A stretch of DNA of 55,432 nucleotides from Flavobacteriales bacterium (GTDB lineage: Bacteria; Bacteroidota; Bacteroidia; Flavobacteriales_D; Sanyastnellaceae): positions 1 through 55,432 of the forward strand of contig JAIYBR010000058.1 of NCBI GenBank assembly GCA_027488435.1. Reading direction: 5' to 3'. The notes under the pieces are model-generated. The model did not search any database. It saw only the letters and a list, made by a program, of their open reading frames with translations, and was not told where the DNA came from. Of the stretch, positions 20,288 through 29,919 are shown in pieces. The position numbers were made by a program, and so were the translations under genes. How positions within the stretch are numbered: the stretch's first letter is position 1; every line of letters begins with the position of its first letter.

Positions 20288-21211
20288 TTACTTATGACTA
20301 TCGGCTTTGATTTTTCCCTCGCGCATCAACCTTGCTATTTCTTGTTTGAAGTACTCCACGTCCTTTTCATGGTCGAGTGCGCGATGCAAAATGATTTTAC
20401 CATGAACAACCTCACCCTTTTCAGGTGCCAATGCATAGGCCTTGTCCATAAGAGGAAGTGCTTTCTCCCGAATCAGCTTCGCAGCGGCTTCCTGAATCGT
20501 CATCATATCAAACATATCGGTTTCGTGATTGATCTTTCTGTACATGAAAACCGCCTGATTGTAATGGATTACGGATAAATTGTAATAGGCATCCACCTCT
20601 GTGGAGTCAAGCTTCACGATTTTCTCATACTGCTCAAGGGCCTTATCTCTGTACTCCGGCTTATCGGTATCTAGCTGCCACAAGGAGAAATAGCGTTGTC
20701 CAATTGATTTTGTGAACTCCTTTCGATACCCCATCATACTTACACCCGGCTCGGCCATCGGCATCCATTTCATAAAGGTTTCAAACAGACGATACGCCTC
20801 TTGCTCGGCTCCCACAGCGTTTGATTGCGATGCCTGCAATGCATCGTTGTAGTAGGTTGAAGCAAGATACTTCATAGCCAAACGAGTCATCGACGCATGT
20901 TGCTCAGCGTTTTTCAAATTCATGGAGTAGGAAAACGACTTCATGGCATTATCACGAAACACGCTTGTGCGCAATCCATATTCCCTTTCCTTATAGATTT
21001 CCTTCATCACATAACCGTTCACATACCAGCAATAGGCATCAGCCGCCTCAGACTTATCGGCAAGTGCCATATTGCTCATCTCCAATGCAGCATCCAACTT
21101 CATCTGCTGACAGAGTTTTGCTGCTTCGTTGGTGAGCGCAAGTGGTTGCGACGAGCCGGCGATACTGATCACCAAGGCAAGGCATGAGGCTATGTATTTC
21201 GACCGTTTCAT
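20288..21211 (-). CDS. Secreted hypothetical protein with helical (TPR-like) repeats
   Basis: I prefer the ATG at 21209-21211 (MKRSKYIASCLALVISIAGSSQ, a signal peptide), which forms an ATGA overlap with the stop codon of the upstream yfiR-like gene. The ORF-track start is 21223. Repeated Tyr/Ala-rich helical pairs occur throughout. Confidence 0.65.
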   Translation of the reverse strand: MKRSKYIASCLALVISIAGSSQPLALTNEAAKLCQQMKLDAALEMSNMALADKSEAADAYCWYVNGYVMKEIYKEREYGLRTSVFRDNAMKSFSYSMNLKNAEQHASMTRLAMKYLASTYYNDALQASQSNAVGAEQEAYRLFETFMKWMPMAEPGVSMMGYRKEFTKSIGQRYFSLWQLDTDKPEYRDKALEQYEKIVKLDSTEVDAYYNLSVIHYNQAVFMYRKINHETDMFDMMTIQEAAAKLIREKALPLMDKAYALAPEKGEVVHGKIILHRALDHEKDVEYFKQEIARLMREGKIKADSHK

Positions 21212-21753
21212 TGTATTGCCCATTGTACGATTTTCACTCCGGGTGTTATCGACGACTCCAGCATTCCGGCCTTATTCATTTCGAAACGAATTGACCCATC
21301 GATAGAAAGAAAATTGATATGCGCTCCTTGAGCCAATGCACCTTCCCAATTCGTAACAATTAAGGTTTTCTTTCCCTTAAATTCCTTCACATATCGCGTT
21401 ATGTCCATCTTCCTGGAACGGTCTAGAAACAACACATGTACGTGTTGTGCAGTGTTCACTTCGTTGCCCATAATGACCGAAAGCAACTGACTGCCGATAG
21501 GCTTGGATGAATATTTCGCAGCCATGATATCAAACACATCGCTGTTACCTACAATGCCCACCACAAAAGGACCCTTTTTCTGCTCAGCCGGCCAGTCATT
21601 ATTGTTGGCGAACTGATACAAATAATTGGCTCGTATGATTGCCACCGTGTTGTCGTCAGGAATTGTTTGTGCCTGCCAACGTTCTGAGTGCAGCAAGAAC
21701 ATCAGAAGCAGCGCCTGACTAAAGCAATATTTGACACCTTTCGAAAACATCAA
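21208..21753 (-). CDS. YfiR/DUF4154-family periplasmic protein
   Basis: The 181-aa ORF has a signal peptide (ALLLMFLLHSERWQAQ). It then reads IIRANYLYQFANNNDWPAEQKKGPFVVGIVGNSDV ... HVHVLFLD, which matches the DUF4154 pattern (YLYNFaKfveWP ... f.igVlG ... h.lfi). Confidence 0.7.
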   Translation of the reverse strand: MMFSKGVKYCFSQALLLMFLLHSERWQAQTIPDDNTVAIIRANYLYQFANNNDWPAEQKKGPFVVGIVGNSDVFDIMAAKYSSKPIGSQLLSVIMGNEVNTAQHVHVLFLDRSRKMDITRYVKEFKGKKTLIVTNWEGALAQGAHINFLSIDGSIRFEMNKAGMLESSITPGVKIVQWAIQ

Positions 21754-21848
21754 CCACCAAAGCTATAGAGTGTGAATAGGACACGATTGACGAACCCGAC
21801 ACTACTATGAACCGACCTTTGTTAATGAACACAACTGCGAAATATCAG

Positions 21849-21881
21849 TTGGTATGCGTAAACCAAACCTGCATACTTTTG
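21849..21881 (+). promoter_or_regulatory. Candidate promoter for the ferritin gene (-33 TTG, -7 TACTTTTG)
   Basis: TTG lies at 21849-21851 and TACTTTTG at 21874-21881, with a 22-nt spacer. The ATG is at 21902. Confidence 0.3.
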
Positions 21882-21901
21882 TTTTGTAAAAAAAAATTGA
21901 T

Positions 21902-22420
21902 ATGCTCAACAAGAAAGTAGAAAAAGCACTCAACGATCAGATTAAAGTTGAAGCCGAAAGTTCACATGCCTATCTCGCAATGGCCTCTTGGGCTGAAATA
22001 AACGGATTTCCGGGGGCGAGCACCTTCCTATACGCACATAGCGACGAAGAGCGCATGCACATGTTGAAGCTAATCAAGTTTGTGAATGACCGAGGCGGAA
22101 AGGCTATTATCCCAAGTGTTAATCAGCCCGATAAAGACTTCAAGAACTTGCAAAACATTTTCAATTTGCTTCTTTCTCACGAGCATGCTGTAACGGCTGC
22201 TATCAATAACGTTGTGGACGTTTGCCTTAAGGAGAAGGACTATACGACTCACAATTTTATGCAGTGGTACGTGAGCGAACAAATTGAAGAGGAAACCTTG
22301 GCCCATCATATCATCGACCAGCTCAACTTGATTGGAAATGACAAGGGCGCGTTATACTTCTTCGACAGAGACATTGCCACATTGAAGGGCGGACCGCAAG
22401 CTGCAACAGCCGGAAAATAA
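21902..22420 (+). CDS. Non-haem ferritin
   Basis: The 172-aa ORF begins LNDQIKVEAESSHAYLAMASW...HSDEERMHMLKLIKFV, which shows the ferroxidase-site Glu and His residues. Confidence 0.9.
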   Translation: MLNKKVEKALNDQIKVEAESSHAYLAMASWAEINGFPGASTFLYAHSDEERMHMLKLIKFVNDRGGKAIIPSVNQPDKDFKNLQNIFNLLLSHEHAVTAAINNVVDVCLKEKDYTTHNFMQWYVSEQIEEETLAHHIIDQLNLIGNDKGALYFFDRDIATLKGGPQAATAGK

Positions 22421-22428
22421 TCCAGGTG

Positions 22429-23493
22429 TCAGCTTTTATTTCGTCGTTCACGGAATCGCTTCCAGTGTACCTCTTTCATAACCGGAGAATCTTCCGTTAG
22501 ATGAGTTATGAAGTGCTTCGCAAAAAAAGGCGCCAACATTACACCACGCGAACCCAAGCCGTTGAATATGCCCAAGCCGGGATGCTGATCATGCATTCCC
22601 AAAATCGGCTGTCTGTCAATCGTAGTTGGTCGAAATCCTGATTTGTGATCTACAATTGAAAAGGAATGCTTGACACTTTTGGCAACATCATCTTCAATTT
22701 CCTTGGCTACCTCAGAAGGCAATAGATCGAGCGCACCATGCTCGTATGTTGACCCTGCGCGATACAAGTCATTGCCTAGTGGAATCAAGAACTTGCCGAA
22801 GTTGCTTATGTATTCGGAAGTGAGGCCATTTAGTTGAAGTGTCAAGACCTGCCCCTTGTTAGTGTGCACGGGCACATCGCTCCAGAAATTATTCGGCATG
22901 GGTTTCCACCCTGAGCATTGTACAACCAAGTCGCCTTGTGCGAGCCAAGCAAGAATCTCTTCCGCTTGAATTTCTCGCTCTTCGAAAGCATTTTTAGAAG
23001 AGAAAAAAGCTCGTGTTGATTCTAAGTAAAGACGTATGTTGAGCCAACCAGCCCCTTTCACGAAACCGGACCCAAATGGCTGATGGAAATGCTCATCAAC
23101 GTTTGGTATCTCTAACGAATCAATGTATGGCTGAACTTCCGGGTGAAGCGATTTCTCTTCCCATAGATTAGCAGATCCGGCATCCGGGAAAATTCGAAGC
23201 AACGGCATCGGATGAAAAAAAGAAACTCCCAGCAATTCTTCGAGCCGCGTGTAGGTCCTTTCCATCTCCGATAAGAGCTGGTCAGCCATCCAACTTCTTT
23301 TCAGATTGACGAACGAAAGAGGGTTCCACATGCCGGCAGCAATTCTGCTGGAAGACGTTTTATAACCGTTATCATAGATGAAAACCTTGTACCCCAAATC
23401 ATGCAGAAGCAGCCCCAGTGTGCTGCCGGCCAAGCCTTGTCCTATGATGCGTATTACGGATTTCTCCTCACTCGGAGAGCGCAACTGGGCCAT
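22429..23493 (-). CDS. FAD-dependent oxidoreductase (DAO family)
   Basis: The 354-aa ORF has an N-terminal dinucleotide-binding motif (IRIIGQGLAGSTLGLLL) and a C-terminal GLGSRGVMLAP motif. Confidence 0.8.
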   Translation of the reverse strand: MAQLRSPSEEKSVIRIIGQGLAGSTLGLLLHDLGYKVFIYDNGYKTSSSRIAAGMWNPLSFVNLKRSWMADQLLSEMERTYTRLEELLGVSFFHPMPLLRIFPDAGSANLWEEKSLHPEVQPYIDSLEIPNVDEHFHQPFGSGFVKGAGWLNIRLYLESTRAFFSSKNAFEEREIQAEEILAWLAQGDLVVQCSGWKPMPNNFWSDVPVHTNKGQVLTLQLNGLTSEYISNFGKFLIPLGNDLYRAGSTYEHGALDLLPSEVAKEIEDDVAKSVKHSFSIVDHKSGFRPTTIDRQPILGMHDQHPGLGIFNGLGSRGVMLAPFFAKHFITHLTEDSPVMKEVHWKRFRERRNKS

Positions 23494-23499
23494 ACCTCC

Positions 23500-24696
23500 T
23501 TATTGAATTACTCCAAGCTCTTTCCCTACTTTGGTGAAAGCAGCAATGGCCTTGTCGATGTGCTCAGTTTCGTGTGCTGCAGATAATTGCACCCGGATGC
23601 GCGCCTGTTCTTTTGGAACAACCGGAAAGAAAAATCCGATTACGTAGATGCCTTCCTGCAATAATTTATCGGCAAATACCTGCGACAATTTTGCGTCGTA
23701 CAGCATAACCGGCACGATTGCAGAATCGCCATCTTTGATATCGAAACCCGCAGCCTTAATTCCGGCTTTGAAACGATGGATATTGTCCTCCAGCTTATCG
23801 CGCAACTCGGTTGTGCTGCTTAGCAAATCGAACACGGCGATACTGGCGCCCACGATACTCGGGGCAAGTGAATTCGAAAAAAGATACGGGCGTGAGCGCT
23901 GACGAAGCAGTTCAATAATCTCTTTTCTCCCGGTAGTGAAACCACCCATTGCTCCTCCGAGCGCCTTACCAAGCGTGCCCGTGATGATGTCGACACGACC
24001 CAGCACATTTTTCAATTCAATCGTTCCTCGACCTGTTTTTCCGATGAAGCCTGTCGCATGGCATTCATCGACCATGACCATGGCATCATACTGATCTGCC
24101 AAGTCACAAATTTTATCTAATTGCGCCACATATCCATCCATCGAAAAAACACCGTCTGTGACAATCAACTTGAAACGAGCGCCAGCTTCGTTGGCCGCTT
24201 GCAACTGCTTCTCCAAATCGGCCATGTCGTTGTTGTTGTAACGATAGCGCATTGCCTTGCAAAGGCGCACTCCATCGATAATAGAAGCATGATTGAGTGA
24301 ATCGCTGATGATAGCGTCCTGTTCATTCAAGAGCGGCTCAAACACACCACCGTTCGCGTCGAAAGCTGCTGCATATAAAATGGTATCTTCTGTGTGCAGA
24401 AATTCGGCAATCTTCAGTTCCAGTTCTTTGTGGATGTCTTGCGTTCCGCAAATGAAACGAACGCTGCTCATTCCAAAACCATGTGTATCGATAGCCCGTT
24501 TTGAAGCCTCCAACACAAGCGGATGGGATGACAAGCCTAGATAATTATTGGCGCAAAAATTCAGGACCTCCTTACCATCAGAAGTTTTGATGACAGCTCC
24601 TTGGGGCGTTGTGATAATACGCTCGCGCTTATACAGCCCTGCTTCCTCTATTGATTTAAGTTCAGCGGCTAAATGTTGTTGGAATCGTGTATACAT
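23500..24696 (-). CDS. kbl: Glycine C-acetyltransferase (2-amino-3-ketobutyrate CoA ligase)
   Basis: The 398-aa alpha-oxoamine synthase has the motifs [19 protein letters not shown] and the PLP-lysine region [10 protein letters not shown]. Confidence 0.93.
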   Translation of the reverse strand: MYTRFQQHLAAELKSIEEAGLYKRERIITTPQGAVIKTSDGKEVLNFCANNYLGLSSHPLVLEASKRAIDTHGFGMSSVRFICGTQDIHKELELKIAEFLHTEDTILYAAAFDANGGVFEPLLNEQDAIISDSLNHASIIDGVRLCKAMRYRYNNNDMADLEKQLQAANEAGARFKLIVTDGVFSMDGYVAQLDKICDLADQYDAMVMVDECHATGFIGKTGRGTIELKNVLGRVDIITGTLGKALGGAMGGFTTGRKEIIELLRQRSRPYLFSNSLAPSIVGASIAVFDLLSSTTELRDKLEDNIHRFKAGIKAAGFDIKDGDSAIVPVMLYDAKLSQVFADKLLQEGIYVIGFFFPVVPKEQARIRVQLSAAHETEHIDKAIAAFTKVGKELGVIQ

Positions 24697-24751
24697 GAAT
24701 TCAGGATTTTTTTCGCAATGTAACTCGTAAAAAATGTAGCATTCAACTTAG

Positions 24752-25471
24752 TCACTTCGAATTGAAGATTCGCTCGCATGCCTTCTTGGCTGCTTTTTGC
24801 TCGGCCGATTTTTTAGCACCGCCATCTCCTACGCCATACTCTTCATCATCGATGAGAAGGGCTACTTTATAATAACTTGAACCACCTTCATTTCGATGGT
24901 CTATAACTTTAAACTGCAGAGTGCGTTTGTTTTTCTGACACCATTCATGGAGTTTGCTTTTATAGTCGATGTCGTCGTGAACTCGGGTATCGAGCCCATG
25001 CTGCTTGAGCAGTCGCAGAACGATATCACGAGTGGTATTGTAGCCTCTATCCAAATATACGGCTCCTACAATGGCTTCTACTGCATTGCCCACAATCGAA
25101 TCGTGCATATCCTGCCTGCCCAGATTGAGATGAAGTAATTCATTAACACGCAATGTGTAGCCGATCATATTTAAATTTTCGCGACGAACCACCTTGCTTT
25201 TCATTTTGGTGAGCTCACCCTCAGGAAGCATCGGATACTTAGAATAGAGGTAATGCGCCACGACGGAGTCGATAATGGCGTCGCCCAAAAACTCAAGTCG
25301 TTCGTTGCTGTTTTTTAAACCCGGACGGATTTTCGTTGCTGCCGAGCTATGGCGAAGTGCTTGCTCATAGATAGCAGTATCTGAGGGAGAAAAACCAAAG
25401 GCCTTCTTTACGAAGGCCTGTATTTCTCGGTTAACTTTTTTCCGCTTGAAAAGCGAGCTCAGCCAACTCAT
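24752..25471 (-). CDS. rnc: Ribonuclease III
   Basis: The 239-aa ORF carries the RNase III signature NERLEFLGDA and a C-terminal dsRBD (GGAKKSAEQKAAKKA). Its start overlaps the fabF stop by 4 nt. Confidence 0.95.
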   Translation of the reverse strand: MSWLSSLFKRKKVNREIQAFVKKAFGFSPSDTAIYEQALRHSSAATKIRPGLKNSNERLEFLGDAIIDSVVAHYLYSKYPMLPEGELTKMKSKVVRRENLNMIGYTLRVNELLHLNLGRQDMHDSIVGNAVEAIVGAVYLDRGYNTTRDIVLRLLKQHGLDTRVHDDIDYKSKLHEWCQKNKRTLQFKVIDHRNEGGSSYYKVALLIDDEEYGVGDGGAKKSAEQKAAKKACERIFNSK

Positions 25472-26718
25472 TCCAACTTTCTGAAAATCGCAGATGTGTT
25501 GTGACCTCCAAAACCAAACGTATTCGTCATAACAGCATTCACCGTACGGTGTTGAGCCTTATTGAATGTGAAATTCAATTTTGGATCGAGCTCCGGATCG
25601 GGGTTCGCGAAGTTGATTGTCGGTGGAATGATACCGTGCTTGATGGCCATGATGGCTGCAATTGCTTCGACAGCTCCGGCCGCACCCAACAGGTGACCCG
25701 TCATCGATTTGGTGCTCGATATGTTCACATTGTAGGCGTGATCTCCAAAAACACTTTGAATTGCTCTTGCTTCCTGCACATCACCTAATGGAGTTGAAGT
25801 GCCATGCACGTTGATGTAATCAATGTCTTCAGCCTTCATGCCCGCATCTTCCAATGCATGCCGCATTACGAGTTTGGCGCCTAAGCCTTCTGGGTGAGGG
25901 GCTGTGATATGATAGGCATCTGCACTGAGTCCACCACCCATTACTTCACAATAGATTTTTGCTCCTCTTGCTTTTGCGTGCTCATATTCTTCCAGAATCA
26001 AACAGCCGGCACCTTCTCCTAGCACGAAACCATCGCGGGTTACGTCGAATGGACGTGAAGCTGTTTGGTAGTTTTCGTTATTCTCCGAGAGCGCCTTGCA
26101 GGCGTTGAATCCACCCACTCCGGCTTCCGTAACAGCTGCTTCAGAACCCCCGGTAACGATGATATCCGACTTACCCAACCGTATGTAGTTGAATGCGTCG
26201 ATCATTGCATTGTTAGAGGAAGCACATGCAGAGGTAGTCGTGAAGTTAGGACCGCGGAATCCGTAATTGATTGAGATGTGGCCTGAGGCGATATCGGCAA
26301 TCATTTTAGGAATAAAAAACGGATTAAATCTCGGGGTTCCATCTCCTTTGGCGTAAGCCACACATTCTTCCTGGAATGTAAGCAAACCACCGATACCGGA
26401 GCCCCAAATAACGCCGACGCGGTCTTTGTTGATTTTCTCGAGATCCATACCAGCATCGTGGATAGCTTCTTTGGCTACCACCAACGCGTAGTGTGTGTAG
26501 GGATCCATTCGCCGTGCTTCTTTGCGGTCGATATGGTCTTCGACGTTAAAGTTTTTGAGTTCGCATGCGAATTGAGTCTTGAATTTAGACGCGTCAAAAC
26601 GGGTAATCAGGCTTGCCCCGCTTACCCCATTGACAAGACCGTTCCAATAATCCTGAAGATTATTGCCTAGCGGCGTCAGCGCTCCAAGACCTGTAATAAC
26701 TACTCTCTTGAGCTGCAT
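25468..26718 (-). CDS. fabF: Beta-ketoacyl-ACP synthase II
   Basis: The 416-aa ORF has the active-site Cys (TTTSACASS), the His-His pair (HITAPHP, NVHGTSTP) and the C-terminal FGFGGHN motif. Confidence 0.97.
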   Translation of the reverse strand: MQLKRVVITGLGALTPLGNNLQDYWNGLVNGVSGASLITRFDASKFKTQFACELKNFNVEDHIDRKEARRMDPYTHYALVVAKEAIHDAGMDLEKINKDRVGVIWGSGIGGLLTFQEECVAYAKGDGTPRFNPFFIPKMIADIASGHISINYGFRGPNFTTTSACASSNNAMIDAFNYIRLGKSDIIVTGGSEAAVTEAGVGGFNACKALSENNENYQTASRPFDVTRDGFVLGEGAGCLILEEYEHAKARGAKIYCEVMGGGLSADAYHITAPHPEGLGAKLVMRHALEDAGMKAEDIDYINVHGTSTPLGDVQEARAIQSVFGDHAYNVNISSTKSMTGHLLGAAGAVEAIAAIMAIKHGIIPPTINFANPDPELDPKLNFTFNKAQHRTVNAVMTNTFGFGGHNTSAIFRKLE

Positions 26719-26742
26719 AACTAAATGGTATTTAAACGTGAA

Positions 26743-26979
26743 TTACTTCGCGTTACCTTCTATGTAGTCGATTGCCTGACCAACGGTGGCGATTTTCTCA
26801 GCCTGGTCGTCCGGAATGGCAATGTTGAATTCCTTTTCGAATTCCATGATAAGTTCCACGGTATCCAAAGAGTCCGCACCCAAATCGTTGGTGAAGCTTG
26901 CCTCGCGGGTTACTTCTGCTTCTTCAACGCCAAGTTTGTCAACGATGATGGCGGTCACTTTCTTTGCTACGTCTGACAT
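26743..26979 (-). CDS. acpP: Acyl carrier protein
   Basis: The 78-aa ORF has the phosphopantetheine attachment motif [11 protein letters not shown]. Confidence 0.97.
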   Translation of the reverse strand: MSDVAKKVTAIIVDKLGVEEAEVTREASFTNDLGADSLDTVELIMEFEKEFNIAIPDDQAEKIATVGQAIDYIEGNAK

Positions 26980-27175
26980 TTTATATAGGTATTAAATGGT
27001 TTAAAACGGGGCAAAAGTATGTTTTTTTGAGGGATTGCCAAGTTTTTTTTATCCCCATTCAACTTCGCGCCATAAACAACTGAATTCCATTATTATAGCT
27101 CAATAAACTTAGAGCTCGCGCTTGCTTAAAACCCAGGGAAGGCGAGCATTCGATTTGATTCGAGTTATTTTGCCG

Positions 27176-28231
27176 ATGAAATCTTTCAAAAGCTCCATGC
27201 TAAGCGATAAAGAAAAGAATCAATATAGCCGACACCTGAGAATGCCGGGGTTTGGCGAAGCGGAGCAGCTAAGGTTGAAGAATGCCCATGTGCTGGTTGT
27301 AGGACTAGGGGGATTGGGTAATCCTGTGGCGCACTATCTGGCCGCGGCCGGAATAGGTAAATTAACATTGATTGATTTCGACAGCATCGAGCTCCATAAT
27401 ATTCATCGGCAATTGCTATTTGGTGTAAACGATTGCGGAAAACACAAGGCCGAAGCAGCGACGTTGCAGCTTAAGAGCTTATATCCAGAGCTGAAGGTTG
27501 ATTTTCAATTGATGTCCATTCACGAAGTTAATCCAGCAGATTTGCCTGTTAACCTAAGCCTTATCGCTGATTGCACCGACAATGATGAGACCCGCTATGT
27601 GATTGATGAGAAGGCGGCAGCCCTGAAAACACCCGTGATGTTTGGAGCAGTTCATCGCATGGAAGGCCAACTTTCCCTTTTTCATGCAAAAGAAGGCACG
27701 CGCTACAGCGATGTTTATCCTGCGGCGCCGACTTCTTCGTTGATTGGTAATTGCCAGCAAGAAGGAGTGCTCGGCCCGGTAGCAGGCATTATTGGGGGCA
27801 TGATGGCAACGTCCATTATTCAGTTCATCGCAACCGGAAATACCCACACAGATGGCCGGCTCATCCGTTTCGATGGTGTGCGTCATGAAACATATACAGT
27901 TGAAATAGTGCCCCGAACAAGGCAATCCAACCAAAATGGCCTTCACGCTATTGAATTTCAGGATATCGAATCCATTCGCAGTAAAAATCCTGCTCTGCTG
28001 TTGATTGACGTGCGAGAGCAATACGAACACGAGGATAATAACCTGGGCGGAATAAGCCGACCCGCAGGTGATGTTTTAGACTGGCTGCATGAGCCAGGAC
28101 CAGAATGCACCTTAATTCTCTATTGTAATTTAGGCTTTCAATCGTATGCGGTTGGACAAATCCTTTTACAGAAAAGACCCGACTTAAAAATCTATCATCT
28201 CAAATCCGGAATCCAAGCGGCATGCATGTGA
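27176..28231 (+). CDS. MoeB/ThiF-family adenylyltransferase fused to a C-terminal rhodanese domain
   Basis: I prefer the ATG at 27176; the ORF-track start is 27122. The N-terminus reads YSRHLRMPGFGEAEQLRLKNAHVLVVGLGGLGNPVAHYLAAAGIG, and HRQ and CQQEGVLGPV follow. The rhodanese part reads LLIDVREQYEHE...LILYCNLGFQS. Confidence 0.85.
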   Translation: MKSFKSSMLSDKEKNQYSRHLRMPGFGEAEQLRLKNAHVLVVGLGGLGNPVAHYLAAAGIGKLTLIDFDSIELHNIHRQLLFGVNDCGKHKAEAATLQLKSLYPELKVDFQLMSIHEVNPADLPVNLSLIADCTDNDETRYVIDEKAAALKTPVMFGAVHRMEGQLSLFHAKEGTRYSDVYPAAPTSSLIGNCQQEGVLGPVAGIIGGMMATSIIQFIATGNTHTDGRLIRFDGVRHETYTVEIVPRTRQSNQNGLHAIEFQDIESIRSKNPALLLIDVREQYEHEDNNLGGISRPAGDVLDWLHEPGPECTLILYCNLGFQSYAVGQILLQKRPDLKIYHLKSGIQAACM

Positions 28232-28267
28232 TGAACAACACATAAGCCATTAGCAGCAATAAGCGAC

Positions 28268-28275
28268 TATTTTTG
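28268..28275 (+). promoter_or_regulatory. Candidate -7 box (TATTTTTG) upstream of the first glycan-locus gene
   Basis: It matches TAnnTTTG and lies 20 nt upstream of the ATG at 28295. No clear -33 element is present. It overlaps a TGGCAC hexamer (see the rejected list). Confidence 0.25.
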
Positions 28276-28294
28276 GCACACAACGTTTGAAGTG

Positions 28295-29371
28295 ATGCAT
28301 TTTAAAGTTTACCTATCTGATGAAGGTTTTGGACATATTGTTCGGCAACGGGCAATTGTCGAGGTATTGCGAGAAAAAATGCCATCGATCGAACTCACGC
28401 TTCAAACACAAACGCATATCGAAGCCGCGGGAACATACATTCCGGGAGCCAGCTTAATCAAACGATTCAACAACATACACTGGGACAAACAGCCCAATGG
28501 ATCGCCCGATCTGTCAAAAATTTCTCAGCGCTATGAAAACTACATTGAACAGTCAAATCGCTATATCGAGTCGGAATGCGATGAATTTGACTACGATGCT
28601 ATTCTGAGCGATTTTGTGTACGAAGCTTTTCCCATTGGGAAAAAAATGGGAGTGAACACATTTGGCGTAGCGCATTTTACATGGGACTGGTTCTTTTCGA
28701 AATTATATCCACCACCGGTTCACACCGACGTTATTCGGCATTTCATGTCGATGGCAGATCAAGCTACTCGCCTCTATTTCCCGCCCTTTACTCCGGAAGA
28801 AATTATTCATCATTACAAGGGAAAGGCGCTGGAAGTGCCACTCATTCTCCACAGCAAAATTGATCACAAGGAAGTAGATGAAGGAGGGAAATTCAAGGTG
28901 CTCATCATGGACAGTGGCGCAGGTGTGTTGAGCGAATCCATTCGAAAAGCCCTCGTTAGTGTGGCCGAACTGAATGACTTCCTATTCTTCGTTTCATCTA
29001 AGTTTGAATCGGACCAAGCCAACGTGCGACACATTCCGCAAAACGCGCTTATGGTTGATTATGTAGCCAATATGGACTTAGTGATAGGGCGAGCCGGCTT
29101 CAACACCATTTCGGAATGCATTGGATTGCGCACACCCATGCTACTCATTGGTGAAGCCATGAATCCTGAAATGAATGAGAATATTTTGCTTTTAAAAAAA
29201 CAACACTTGGGTTCTTTCATATCGATGCAAACATTTGAAAACGGACTTGGCTTCTACCTTCCGGCGTTTTTAAAACATGAGTACAAAATGATTCAGGGCA
29301 TGATGAGCAAACATGAAATTGCATCGAATGGCGCGGAAGTCATAACCAACGACCTTCTCAATCACTTATGA
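28295..29371 (+). CDS. GT-B fold protein, MurG(GT28)/PseG-like
   Basis: The N-terminus reads YLSDEGFGHIVRQRAIVEVL, a GxGHxxR motif. The C-terminus reads MDLVIGRAGFNTISECIGLRTPMLLIGE...NENILLL, resembling the nucleotide-sugar half of MurG/PseG. Its stop overlaps the next gene's start (ATGA). Confidence 0.6.
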   Translation: MHFKVYLSDEGFGHIVRQRAIVEVLREKMPSIELTLQTQTHIEAAGTYIPGASLIKRFNNIHWDKQPNGSPDLSKISQRYENYIEQSNRYIESECDEFDYDAILSDFVYEAFPIGKKMGVNTFGVAHFTWDWFFSKLYPPPVHTDVIRHFMSMADQATRLYFPPFTPEEIIHHYKGKALEVPLILHSKIDHKEVDEGGKFKVLIMDSGAGVLSESIRKALVSVAELNDFLFFVSSKFESDQANVRHIPQNALMVDYVANMDLVIGRAGFNTISECIGLRTPMLLIGEAMNPEMNENILLLKKQHLGSFISMQTFENGLGFYLPAFLKHEYKMIQGMMSKHEIASNGAEVITNDLLNHL

Positions 29372-29919
29372 GAACAATTGTAATTATTCCGGCCCGCGGC
29401 GGATCCAAGCGCCTTCACAAAAAAAACATTTATCCGTTTAAAGGAAAACCACTCATCGGCTATACCATCGATGCATGCAAGGAATGCACTTTTATTGACG
29501 ACATTTTTGTGAGCAGTGATGATGAAGAGATATTGAACATCTCAGCGGAGTTGGGAGCAAAGAGTTTACTTCGTCCTGCTAACCTTGCCGATGATTCAAC
29601 ACCTAAAATCGTCGCCATTCGTCAGGCAGCCAATGCGCTCGAAGTTGGCAAACTCGAACGAGATGATATTGTCATTGTAGCACAAGCAAATTCCCCTCAA
29701 ATAACAAGTGTGCAACTGAAGGAAGCTTTCGATTTGATGGTTCAACACAATCTGTGGGAAGTGATGAGCACCGACAGCAATGGTGTGCAAAATGCTGCGT
29801 TTCGCCTCGTTCGCTACCATGCACTATTCAATGAATTCTTGAGTGCGCATTGTGGATTTATAATTGCGCCCAATGTAGACGTACACACTCTAGAAGACTT
29901 GAAAAAACTGGAGAATTAG
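29368..29919 (+). CDS. Acylneuraminate (CMP-NulO) cytidylyltransferase-family protein, short form (183 aa)
   Basis: The N-terminus IVIIPARGGSKRLHKKNIYPFKGKPLIGYTI is the CMP-sugar synthetase signature. The protein is roughly 40 aa shorter than typical NeuA/PseF cores. Confidence 0.8.
   Translation: MRTIVIIPARGGSKRLHKKNIYPFKGKPLIGYTIDACKECTFIDDIFVSSDDEEILNISAELGAKSLLRPANLADDSTPKIVAIRQAANALEVGKLERDDIVIVAQANSPQITSVQLKEAFDLMVQHNLWEVMSTDSNGVQNAAFRLVRYHALFNEFLSAHCGFIIAPNVDVHTLEDLKKLEN

Noticed and set aside
28274-28289. Sigma-54-like -24 element TGGCAC just upstream of the first glycan-locus gene
   Set aside because: The -12 position reads GTTTG/TTTGA instead of TTGC(A/T), so the GG-N10-GC rule fails. 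The hexamer also overlaps a TAnnTTTG -7 candidate. It may deserve a look only if the local sigma-54 consensus is relaxed.
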